38,728 bases of DNA from a virus (taxonomy: Duplodnaviria; Heunggongvirae; Uroviricota; Caudoviricetes): the IMG/VR virus record IMGVR_UViG_648231705_000004. One strand, given 5' to 3'. The number at the start of each line of letters is the position of its first letter. Position 1 is the stretch's first letter. This document shows positions 8,775 to 16,370 of this stretch, in pieces. The notes beneath the pieces are model-generated. The model was not told the DNA's origin. It did no database searches and saw only the letters and a program-made list of their open reading frames with translations. Made by a program: the position numbers and the translations under genes.

Positions 8775-8963
8775 TCAGGCTGCCTGAGCTGTTGATTTCA
8801 GCCCCAACTTCACGGCGATTTCATGGGATTTACCGTAACGGGCTTTGGTCTGCCCATTGAGAACGCGGTATACCTCATTGCGGTTGTAGCCGTTTTCTTC
8901 TGCCCAGCGGGTGAAAGTGATCCCGCGCTGGCGGAAGAGAGCTTTGACTTGTTCTGCAGTCAT
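8775..8963 (-). CDS. small HTH DNA-binding protein in the Ner position (Ner/Cro-like)
   Basis: 62 aa; AGGAG RBS; first gene of the minus-strand early operon, divergent from the repressor gene. Confidence 0.6.
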   Translation of the reverse strand: MTAEQVKALFRQRGITFTRWAEENGYNRNEVYRVLNGQTKARYGKSHEIAVKLGLKSTAQAA

Positions 8964-9063
8964 CGTTGTCTCCTTTGTTGATGCAATGATGTTTGCCTTA
9001 TGTGTGATAGATTATGGTGCAGATTACCTCACCAGTCAACTTAAAGAGTGCAGAAAAACTCAC
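8964..9063. promoter_or_regulatory. divergent early/repressor promoter-operator region
   Basis: 100-bp AT-rich spacer between the divergent Ner-like and repressor genes, with repeated GATTAT/GATTAC and TGATG motifs; equivalent position to Mu operators and transposition enhancer. Confidence 0.45.
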
Positions 9064-9402
9064 ATGATCGGGTTACGTATTAAAGAAGAAAGAGAGCGTC
9101 TATCTCTTACACAGCAAGGGTTGGCTGATGCTATAGGTGTGGCAAAGAGAACTTTCATTGATTGGGAAAAAGATCGCACTTCTCCTACTGCAGTGCAGTT
9201 ATCTGCACTATCAGAAATCGGTGTAGATATTTTGTATGTAGTTACTGGGGTGCGGAGTCAGCCTGTTGTTGCACCTTATGTGTCACAAGAAAAGAAAGAG
9301 TTAATGGATGCATTCGACGAAATGAGCCCCGAACAACGGAGGGCAATTCTTGAGGTCGGCAAAGTCTTCATTCAACCCAAACCAAGCAAACTCGCAGGCT
9401 GA
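9064..9402 (+). CDS. HTH XRE-family (CI/C-type) repressor, putative lysogeny repressor
   Basis: ORF 8911..9402; likely start ATG 9064 (MIGLRIKEERERLSLTQQGLADAIGVAKRTFIDWEKDR... classic XRE helix-turn-helix); divergent from early operon. Confidence 0.75.
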   Translation: MIGLRIKEERERLSLTQQGLADAIGVAKRTFIDWEKDRTSPTAVQLSALSEIGVDILYVVTGVRSQPVVAPYVSQEKKELMDAFDEMSPEQRRAILEVGKVFIQPKPSKLAG

Positions 9403-9487
9403 TTTTGACCTGGACACAAAGGACAGGTGGTTGATCTGGATGCTTTCAGAAAACATCGCCAGTGACATAGTGGAAGTTGTTTGGTTT

Positions 9488-9519
9488 ACCGGAAAGCATT
9501 GTGCTTTCCGGTTTTGTTT
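9488..9519 (+). terminator. Rho-independent terminator downstream of repressor gene
   Basis: Stem ACCGGAAAGC / GCTTTCCGGT, loop ATTGT, followed by TTTTGTTT. Confidence 0.55.
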
Positions 9520-10283
9520 CAGAAGTTGCAGATTACCAGTTCACGGCGCGGCGTGGATTTCCCCGCCAGACTGTAGTTGATGTTCACTGTCTGTATGTTC
9601 AGTCCAGTGAACACCTCGCGCATCTGTGGGATATCGTTCACCGAAATTATCATTTTTCCTCTGATGCACCGGGCCAGCTCTGCCAGCCGCGAGTAGTTCC
9701 CTTCAGGAAAATCCACACCATAGCCTTCCGTACCCAGGTACGGTGGGTCGCAGTAGAACAGTGTGTGCGGACGATCATAACGCTCAATGCACTGTTGCCA
9801 GTCCATGTGTTCTATGACTGTTCTGGAAAGCCGCAGGTGTGCTGTTGACAGTTCTTCTTCAATACGCAGCAGGTTGAAGCGTGGCGGGGATGTGGTGGAG
9901 GTACCGAAGCTGTGCTCTGCCACCTTGCCGCCAAACGCCTGCTTCTGAAGGTAGTAGAACCGTGCCGCACGCTGGATATCCGTCAGTGTTTCTTCCGGGG
10001 TGATCTGCAGCCATTTGTAGATCTGACGGCTGACCAGCGCCCATTTGAACTGGCGGACAAATTCTTCCAGGTGATGCTTTACCACCCGGTACAGATTCAC
10101 CAGTTCACCGTTGATATCATTAATGACTTCGATCTTGCCGGGTGTCTTAAGAAAATAGAGCGCTGCTGCCCCACAAAACGGCTCCACATAACATTCATGC
10201 GCCGGAAACAGCGGCAGAATGTGTTTTGCAAGGCGGCGTTTGCCACCAATCCATGGAACGATGGGTAATGTCTGCATTTTCAT
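9519..10283 (-). CDS. DNA adenine methyltransferase (Dam-type N6-adenine MTase)
   Basis: 254 aa; AdoMet-binding motif EPFCGAAALYF and catalytic DPPY motif (FYCDPPYLG). Confidence 0.9.
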   Translation of the reverse strand: MKMQTLPIVPWIGGKRRLAKHILPLFPAHECYVEPFCGAAALYFLKTPGKIEVINDINGELVNLYRVVKHHLEEFVRQFKWALVSRQIYKWLQITPEETLTDIQRAARFYYLQKQAFGGKVAEHSFGTSTTSPPRFNLLRIEEELSTAHLRLSRTVIEHMDWQQCIERYDRPHTLFYCDPPYLGTEGYGVDFPEGNYSRLAELARCIRGKMIISVNDIPQMREVFTGLNIQTVNINYSLAGKSTPRRELVICNF

Positions 10284-10388
10284 AATCTGTAAGCCTTTTA
10301 CAATTACTAAAAATATGGCAGGCTAGTCTGGTCTCGCGAGACTGACTGAACCTCGGTCGGCTCACAGTGCATTCCTGTGGGACGATGG

Positions 10389-10426
10389 CCAGCCCGGATT
10401 TCGGGTTCCGGGCTGGTCGTTCTTTC
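10389..10426 (+). terminator. orphan terminator-like hairpin (possible end of a small plus-strand transcript)
   Basis: Perfect 10-bp stem CCAGCCCGGA / TCCGGGCTGG, 8-nt loop, followed by TCGTTCTTTC; no plus-strand ORF upstream. Confidence 0.35.
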
Positions 10427-10472
10427 ATGATGCGGCAGGGATAGTGGGATTTCTGTTAATGTGGTTTAGGGA

Positions 10473-10688
10473 TTATCCGGGGCGATTTTCTGACCTTATC
10501 CGGTCCAGGGCATAAGTAATACCTTCTGCAAAAACAGAAGTATCAAACTGCTTTTGTATTCCCTGAAAATGAAAAGCGGCACGACAGACACTCAGTTCTC
10601 CGCGATGTAACCGGATAATATCTTCCAGAACATTGTTCACTGCTTCAGCACGGCGCTGATGTTCTGTTAACGTTAATCGGGGATTCAT
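10473..10688 (-). CDS. hypothetical protein (71 aa), accessory block
   Basis: Strong RBS AAGGAG 7 nt upstream of ATG 10688; no recognisable motif. Confidence 0.5.
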   Translation of the reverse strand: MNPRLTLTEHQRRAEAVNNVLEDIIRLHRGELSVCRAAFHFQGIQKQFDTSVFAEGITYALDRIRSENRPG

Positions 10689-11091
10689 GATGCACTCCTT
10701 AAATGATGATTTTTATGCACTCACCGGCAAAATATTCTGCCGATTACTGAACACGCATCCGGCACCTCAGGTTTTGATTTATTCTGGTTTTTTCGATATC
10801 CCGGACCAGGTTGATCACGACCAGAAAAAGTGCCGGTATTTTATTGATACGCTGATATGGCTTCGGGATAACAGCTATATTCGTTACTCTCAGTTGCTGG
10901 CTGTGGGAGCGGCTGATGTCGTCCTCACGGAAAAAACGCTCCGTCTGCTCAATGCCACGCCGACCCTTCTGCAGCCCCGGCCCGCACCATTTAAAGAGTC
11001 ACTTCTGGATGCAGTAAAAACCGGTGAAAATGCAGTCATCGCTGAATGCGTATCCCGGATTATGCGTTACGTGTTTAATGAACGTAAGTGA
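10687..11091 (+). CDS. hypothetical protein (134 aa), accessory block
   Basis: ATG 10687/10690 preceded by GGGGA; start codon overlaps that of the divergent 71-aa gene; fills the 378-bp gap between the two minus-strand genes. Confidence 0.5.
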   Translation: MMHSLNDDFYALTGKIFCRLLNTHPAPQVLIYSGFFDIPDQVDHDQKKCRYFIDTLIWLRDNSYIRYSQLLAVGAADVVLTEKTLRLLNATPTLLQPRPAPFKESLLDAVKTGENAVIAECVSRIMRYVFNERK

Positions 11092-11810
11092 GGTTTATCC
11101 GCTGTCTGCATAATCCCGATAGCCAGTGCGAGGGGAAGTAATTCCGGGGAAACTCTTTCAAACAGCGACTCCCATTCTCCTCTCGCCATCACTCTGTCCA
11201 GCCCGCCCCCCAGTTGCATTTCAGCAATCTTCCTGATTTCCCGGAACAACGCCGCTTTGATCTCTTCGTGCTCAGCTTTATTTTCCGGTGTCAGAATGTA
11301 TTCGTCGAAGAACCGGGGAGGCTGGTTAACGGGGAGCGTGTTCACCGGGATGTGTTCCTGTTTCCCGTACTTCGGGGCAGAAAAACATTCTGTTGGCTGA
11401 CCGGTGAGTTTACGTAGCTCCTTCATGAGCAGCTCCTGATCGTAAACTGTCATCAGTGCCGCAATGGTGGCATGCAGTGCATCGGGCAGTATCCAGGGTT
11501 GCCGGCCCGTGGGGCATATAACATCCAGCAGCTCATTCGTCCGACAGATACGCTCCTCGCCGTATGACAACAGGCCCTGTCCCGTGTATTCCTCCAGCCT
11601 GATCACTGTGCCACCCCGTGGCTTCTGCCAGGTCGTCAGATCATCGCCACTCATACGCCGCTCATCATCTACGTCTGCAGCATCGACAATGACGCTGCCC
11701 CCGAATTCCTGTTTCACCACTTCCTCTATCCGCGCCAATATGTAACTTTTACCGCTGCCCACAGGACCGGACACGGTGACAGTGATGACCGGATTCAGTG
11801 TCTGCGTCAT
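11067..11810 (-). CDS. P-loop NTPase / small kinase-like protein (247 aa), function unknown
   Basis: GAGGAG RBS; N-terminal Walker A GPVGSGKS followed by VIVDAAD strand, as in P-loop kinases; C-terminal ~150 aa unassignable. Confidence 0.7.
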   Translation of the reverse strand: MTQTLNPVITVTVSGPVGSGKSYILARIEEVVKQEFGGSVIVDAADVDDERRMSGDDLTTWQKPRGGTVIRLEEYTGQGLLSYGEERICRTNELLDVICPTGRQPWILPDALHATIAALMTVYDQELLMKELRKLTGQPTECFSAPKYGKQEHIPVNTLPVNQPPRFFDEYILTPENKAEHEEIKAALFREIRKIAEMQLGGGLDRVMARGEWESLFERVSPELLPLALAIGIMQTADKPHLRSLNT

Positions 11811-11940
11811 ATCGTATTCTCCTCTGTGAATAATTCATCGTTTATCCTGCACATCCCGTATCCCCGGCTCTCTTAACGCGCTTTAAAATCCTTCGCGCCC
11901 TGTATTTGTGATGCTGTCTCCACCAGACAAGGAGACACAC
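11811..11940. promoter_or_regulatory. divergent promoter region (first late promoter and promoter of the P-loop gene)
   Basis: 130-bp spacer between divergently oriented genes at the start of the plus-strand late cluster; no sigma70-like -35 recognised, as expected for Mor/C-activated promoters. Confidence 0.4.
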
Positions 11941-12291
11941 ATGAAAAACCTGAAAAAATTCATTCCCCCTGTTAAAAAACCTCGCCTCAGCGGCTGGCTG
12001 CTGACCTCAGTGCTGTTGCTGGGCACCATCGCTCTGGTCTCGCCACAGCAGTTGCCTGTTGTGATCTACAAGCTGGCACTCATCACGCTGGCAGCAGTGC
12101 TGGGTTACTGGCTTGACCGTTCGCTCTTCCCCAAAGCCCGTCCCGGTCAGTACCTGAAACATGACGACAGGCTGATGGCTGATGGGCGTTTCCCGGTACA
12201 GACCGGCCTTCACCTGGTGTTTTCTGCTGCGTTAATCCGCCGTGCACTGATTGTTGCAGCGGTCTGTCTGGCTGTTGCGATGGGGCTTTAA
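11941..12291 (+). CDS. membrane protein at head of lysis cassette (holin-like, 116 aa)
   Basis: ATG 11941 with AGGAGA RBS (ORF 11908..12291); several hydrophobic helices; immediately upstream of the endolysin. Confidence 0.55.
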   Translation: MKNLKKFIPPVKKPRLSGWLLTSVLLLGTIALVSPQQLPVVIYKLALITLAAVLGYWLDRSLFPKARPGQYLKHDDRLMADGRFPVQTGLHLVFSAALIRRALIVAAVCLAVAMGL

Positions 12292-12293
12292 TC

Positions 12294-13031
12294 ATGAACT
12301 GGCCGCAGATCACCTGGATTGTATGCATGTCCCTGAAACTGGCTTTCGAAGCCTTTAGGGTCTTCATCAGAACCGAACGCCTGTCAGTCCGCGCCGGGAC
12401 CTTTCTGGTTCATATGGCACGGGTATTCTTTGTCGCAATGTTGCTCTGGTGTGGCGGCTTCTTCAGTCAGGCCCGCGCAGCGCAGCCTCCGCAGGCAGCG
12501 CTGCAGTATCGCGATGATGTGATCCGTAATGCCCGGCTTGAATGGGGACTGTCTGCGCCGGTGGCTGATTTCGCTGCGCAACTGCATCAGGAAAGCGGCT
12601 GGCGACCTGATGCGATCTCGCCGGTTGGCGCTCAGGGACTGGCGCAGTTCATGCCCGCCACCGCCGACTGGATAAGTCAGTTGATGCCGGGGCTTAACAG
12701 CCGTGAGCCATTTAATCCGGCATGGGCCATCCGGGCGCTGGTCAGCTATGACCGCTGGCTGTGGCAGCGCGTCAGCGCCGCCAGTGACTGCGAGCGTATG
12801 GCCATGACACTGTCGGGCTATAACGGTGGTCTGGGCTGGGTACAGCGGGACAGGCGGCTTGCATCACAAAAAGGGCTGGACAGCACCCGCTGGTTTGGTC
12901 ATGTCGCCACGGTGAATGCCGGACGCAGCACTGCCAGCTGGCGGGAGAACCGTCATTATCCCCAGCGCATCCTGTTCACGCTGGCCCCGCGTTATCTCTC
13001 ATGGGGAGGGGCAAGCTGTGTGGGTACGTAA
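12294..13031 (+). CDS. endolysin, SLT-domain lytic transglycosylase with N-terminal hydrophobic (SAR-like) segment
   Basis: Motif ESGWRPDAISPVGAQGLAQFMPATA characteristic of soluble lytic transglycosylases; hydrophobic stretch ARVFFVAMLLWCGGFF near N-terminus. Confidence 0.85.
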   Translation: MNWPQITWIVCMSLKLAFEAFRVFIRTERLSVRAGTFLVHMARVFFVAMLLWCGGFFSQARAAQPPQAALQYRDDVIRNARLEWGLSAPVADFAAQLHQESGWRPDAISPVGAQGLAQFMPATADWISQLMPGLNSREPFNPAWAIRALVSYDRWLWQRVSAASDCERMAMTLSGYNGGLGWVQRDRRLASQKGLDSTRWFGHVATVNAGRSTASWRENRHYPQRILFTLAPRYLSWGGASCVGT

Positions 13032-13671
13032 GTTACGGTCGCTGCCGTGGCGGGTCATTATGCTGGCCATTCTCCTGAACACCTTCCTGCTGGCGATCTG
13101 GTGGCTGGGATACAGCACAGGCCACGACCGGGCCTCCGCTGACGGTCAGGCGGCGCTCAGCCGCCTGCAGGCGGATTTTGACGGATACCGGGCAGAACAG
13201 GCCCGGCGTGAGGTGGCGGCGTTGCGCGCATGGTCTGAGCGTTATCAGGAGCAGGTAGCCGCCGGGCAACGGGCTGAAGCTGGTTATCTTGAGCAGATTG
13301 CTCAACTGGAGGACCAGAACAAACAACTACAGGGGCAAATTAACGATGTCACACAGCGCTGGATTGATGAAAAAGGTAAGAGCCATCCCATTGAGTGCGT
13401 GTTTACTCGCGGTTTCGTGCGCCAGTACAACGCCGCACTCGGATACGACAACGCATCCGTCGACACCGGTCATTCAGACTCAGTTGCCGCCGCTGGCACC
13501 GGCACTGGCGCAGCGACCGGGCAACCTGAAACCGCTGACGCCCGGTTACGCAATTCGGGTGTCTCCCAGCTTGACGTCCTTGCCAACATCATCGACAACG
13601 CAGGGCAATGTCGTCGCTGGCGAAACCAGATAAACGCGCTACTGGATGAACGGGAAGGATTACAGAAATGA
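13018..13671 (+). CDS. i-spanin (Rz-like)
   Basis: In-frame GTG 13018 with GGAGGGG RBS (ORF 12916..13671); N-terminal TM helix then coiled-coil-rich periplasmic domain; follows endolysin. Confidence 0.65.
   Translation: MWVRKLRSLPWRVIMLAILLNTFLLAIWWLGYSTGHDRASADGQAALSRLQADFDGYRAEQARREVAALRAWSERYQEQVAAGQRAEAGYLEQIAQLEDQNKQLQGQINDVTQRWIDEKGKSHPIECVFTRGFVRQYNAALGYDNASVDTGHSDSVAAAGTGTGAATGQPETADARLRNSGVSQLDVLANIIDNAGQCRRWRNQINALLDEREGLQK
13367..13633 (+). CDS. o-spanin (Rz1-like lipoprotein) embedded in +1 frame of the i-spanin gene
   Basis: ATG 13367 inside ORF 13289..13633; MKKVRAIPLSACLLAVSC lipoprotein-type signal followed by Pro/Thr-rich sequence. Confidence 0.6.
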   Translation: MKKVRAIPLSACLLAVSCASTTPHSDTTTHPSTPVIQTQLPPLAPALAQRPGNLKPLTPGYAIRVSPSLTSLPTSSTTQGNVVAGETR

Positions 13672-13994
13672 CACTGCAGGTTGAATTCTGGACGGTGGTG
13701 AGTTTTTTGCTCACCTTCATGGGGTTTGTGGGAGGGCTCGCCAAATGGTTGTTCAGTAAAACAGAAGAACGCCAGGCGGCACGATTCGCCTCCCTTGAGC
13801 AGGCCCTGCAACAGTCCGCCTCCAACTGGGGCGAACTGGAAAAAGAATTTATGCGATTTAAAGCGGATTTACCGCTGAATTATGTCCGTCGCGAGGATTA
13901 TATCCGTGGCCAGACAGTCATCGAGGCCAAACTGGACGCGCTCTACAACAAACTGGAAGTGGTACAGCAGTACCGCAATACCGGAGGTCAATAA
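13668..13994 (+). CDS. small membrane/coiled-coil protein (Mu gp25 position; releasin-like)
   Basis: ATG overlaps spanin stop (ATGA); N-terminal TM helix VVSFLLTFMGFVGGLAKWLF then charged helix. Confidence 0.6.
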   Translation: MTLQVEFWTVVSFLLTFMGFVGGLAKWLFSKTEERQAARFASLEQALQQSASNWGELEKEFMRFKADLPLNYVRREDYIRGQTVIEAKLDALYNKLEVVQQYRNTGGQ

Positions 13995-14305
13995 TGGTCG
14001 ATATTACCCGGGTACGCCGCGAATCCCTGCGCTGGAGTCTGCTGGTTGCCCTGAACAAAACCCGCCCTTATACCGCCAGCGAGACGCTGCTGCTGGAAGT
14101 GTCCCGCGCCATCTACCCGGACACCACGCAACTGGAGCTGCGCCGTGAGCTTGATTACCTGGCAGATCGCAAGATGGTGGAACTGGAGAAGAGGCCTTCC
14201 GGTGACTGGTTTGCCGATCTGAGTCGCCTTGGTGTGGATATTGTGGAATACACCGTGGAATGCGGCCCCGGTATTGCCCGCCCGGAAAAATACTGGAGTG
14301 AGTGA
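13994..14305 (+). CDS. conserved phage protein (Mu gp26 position, 103 aa)
   Basis: GGAGG RBS; position between lysis genes and terminase genes. Confidence 0.6.
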   Translation: MVDITRVRRESLRWSLLVALNKTRPYTASETLLLEVSRAIYPDTTQLELRRELDYLADRKMVELEKRPSGDWFADLSRLGVDIVEYTVECGPGIARPEKYWSE

Positions 14306-14307
14306 TT

Positions 14308-14850
14308 ATGGGACGTCGCAGCAGCATTGATTCTCTGCCGAAGGAGGTCCGTCGCTGGCTTGAGCGGGCACTGACGGAGAATAATTTCACCGGCTATGCA
14401 GAGCTTGAAAGTCTGTTGAAGGAAAAGGGGTACAGCATCACCCGCTCTTCCCTGCAGCGGTTTGGCTACAAAATGGAGCAGCAACTGGCCCGGGTGCGGG
14501 CGGCAACCGAGGCAGCGCGTCTGCTTGCCCGGGAGGCCGGAGACGATCCTGATGACCGTTCAGCCGGGCTGATAACCCTCGTCCAGACCGAAATGACGGA
14601 TATCCTGATGCGCCTGCAGGAGTCGCGGGAAAACGACGATCCCTTCGCCCGGGCAAAACTGCTGGCAACGGCTTCAAAAAATATCGCCACACTGACCCGC
14701 GCCTCGGTCAACCTCAAGCGCTATCAGGCAGAAGTCAGAGAGAGGGTTGAACGTGCTGCCGCTGCCGCCGAGAAAATTGCCCGTAAGGGCGGGCTCTCTG
14801 CGGAAGCCGTACAGGCACTGCGCCGGGAAATTCTGGGGGTGGTATCATGA
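14308..14850 (+). CDS. putative terminase small subunit / Mu gp27-like protein
   Basis: ORF 14302..14850; immediately precedes large terminase with ATGA overlap; basic N-terminus. Confidence 0.6.
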   Translation: MGRRSSIDSLPKEVRRWLERALTENNFTGYAELESLLKEKGYSITRSSLQRFGYKMEQQLARVRAATEAARLLAREAGDDPDDRSAGLITLVQTEMTDILMRLQESRENDDPFARAKLLATASKNIATLTRASVNLKRYQAEVRERVERAAAAAEKIARKGGLSAEAVQALRREILGVVS

Positions 14851-16370
14851 CGGAGCTGCCGCCGCACATTCCTGACACCGCGAGTTATAAGGCCCCTCCC
14901 GTTCTGTTGCCCTACCAGCAGCGCTGGGTGGCAGATGCCTCTCCGCTTAAGGTGATAGAAAAGAGCCGTCGTACCGGTATTACATGGGCTGAGGCATCCG
15001 ATAACGTACTGACCGCCGCCTCTTCTGCGCCAGCAGGCGGGATGAATGTGTATTACATCGCTTATAACCAGGACATGACCGTCGAATACATTCAGGCGTG
15101 TGCGATGTGGGCACGGGCATTCAACTATGCGGCCAGTGAAATTGAAGAAGGATTCTGGGAAGAGGACGACGACGACAAACACATCAGGACTTACACCATC
15201 AAATTTCCTGACTCCGGCTTTCGTATTGTTGCGCTCTCCAGCCGCCCGTCTAACCTGCGTGGCCGTCAGGGTATTATTGTTATCGACGAAGCGGCGTTCC
15301 ATGAGCAACTGGACGAACTGCTGAAAGCGGCGCTGGCGATGCTTATCTGGGGGGGAAAGGTACGCGTTATCTCCACCCATGACGGTGACGACAATCCGTT
15401 CAATACGCTTATCGGGGATATCCGTGCCGGACGTCAGGGAGGCAGCGTACATCGCATTACTTTCCGGGAAGCCGTATCTGAGGGGCTGTTCCGGCGCGTT
15501 TGTCTGCGCACCGGGAAGGAATGGTCGGAGGCATCCGAGCAGGCCTGGATGGCGTCGGTGTACAAATTCTACGGTGCCGGTGCATCCGAAGAGCTTGACT
15601 GTATTCCGGCCAACGGTGGCGGTGCCTGGCTGTCCCGAGCCCTGATAGAGTCCCGCATGTCCGCTGATACGCCGGTATTGCGTCTGACCTGCAAGGAAGG
15701 TTATGAACTGCTGTCTGATGAGGTTCGCTTCCGCGAGACGCAGGACTGGCTTGATGAGCATCTGAAACCATTACTGGAGGCGCTCCCCGCTGGTGCCCGC
15801 TCTTTTCTGGGGCGTGACTTTGGCCGTAGCGGGGATTTGTCGGTGGACTACCCGTTGTTGCAGGAGAAGAACCTGATACGACGCGTGCCATTCGTACTGG
15901 AGTTACGTAACGTGCCGTTCAGGCAGCAGGAGCAAATCACCTGGTATCTGATGGATGGCCTGCCCGGTCTGCTGGGTGCAGCGTTTGATGCCCGTGGTAA
16001 TGGTGCCTATCTGGCTGAATACGCCATGCAGCGCTACGGCTCCGGCCGGGTTCAGCAGGTGATGCCAACCGAAGGCTGGTACCGGGAGCATATGCCTCCG
16101 GTCAAAGCTGCACTGGAAGACGGTAACCTGGTGGACTTACCAAAGGATGAAGACACACTGGATGACCTGCGGGCCGTTCAGGTGGTGAACGGTGTCCCCC
16201 GCGTGCCGGAGCAACGCTCAAAAGCAAAGGCTGATGGTGGTAAACGTCACGGGGATTCAGCCATCGCACTGGCGCTGGCGTATTTCGCCAGCCGTGAAAT
16301 TAACAAAGGGCCGGTGAAGGCAAGCTCACGCCGTCGTCGTCAGGCGGCCCGTATGCTGGAGGGATTCTGA
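14847..16370 (+). CDS. terminase large subunit (Mu gp28-like)
   Basis: 507 aa; position directly upstream of portal; acidic DDDD and nuclease-like C-terminal region; start overlaps upstream stop. Confidence 0.85.
   Translation: MTELPPHIPDTASYKAPPVLLPYQQRWVADASPLKVIEKSRRTGITWAEASDNVLTAASSAPAGGMNVYYIAYNQDMTVEYIQACAMWARAFNYAASEIEEGFWEEDDDDKHIRTYTIKFPDSGFRIVALSSRPSNLRGRQGIIVIDEAAFHEQLDELLKAALAMLIWGGKVRVISTHDGDDNPFNTLIGDIRAGRQGGSVHRITFREAVSEGLFRRVCLRTGKEWSEASEQAWMASVYKFYGAGASEELDCIPANGGGAWLSRALIESRMSADTPVLRLTCKEGYELLSDEVRFRETQDWLDEHLKPLLEALPAGARSFLGRDFGRSGDLSVDYPLLQEKNLIRRVPFVLELRNVPFRQQEQITWYLMDGLPGLLGAAFDARGNGAYLAEYAMQRYGSGRVQQVMPTEGWYREHMPPVKAALEDGNLVDLPKDEDTLDDLRAVQVVNGVPRVPEQRSKAKADGGKRHGDSAIALALAYFASREINKGPVKASSRRRRQAARMLEGF

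Noticed and set aside
14724-15761. 345-aa minus-strand ORF
   Set aside because: Antisense to the large terminase gene; Arg/Pro/Gly-rich translation typical of a spurious frame.
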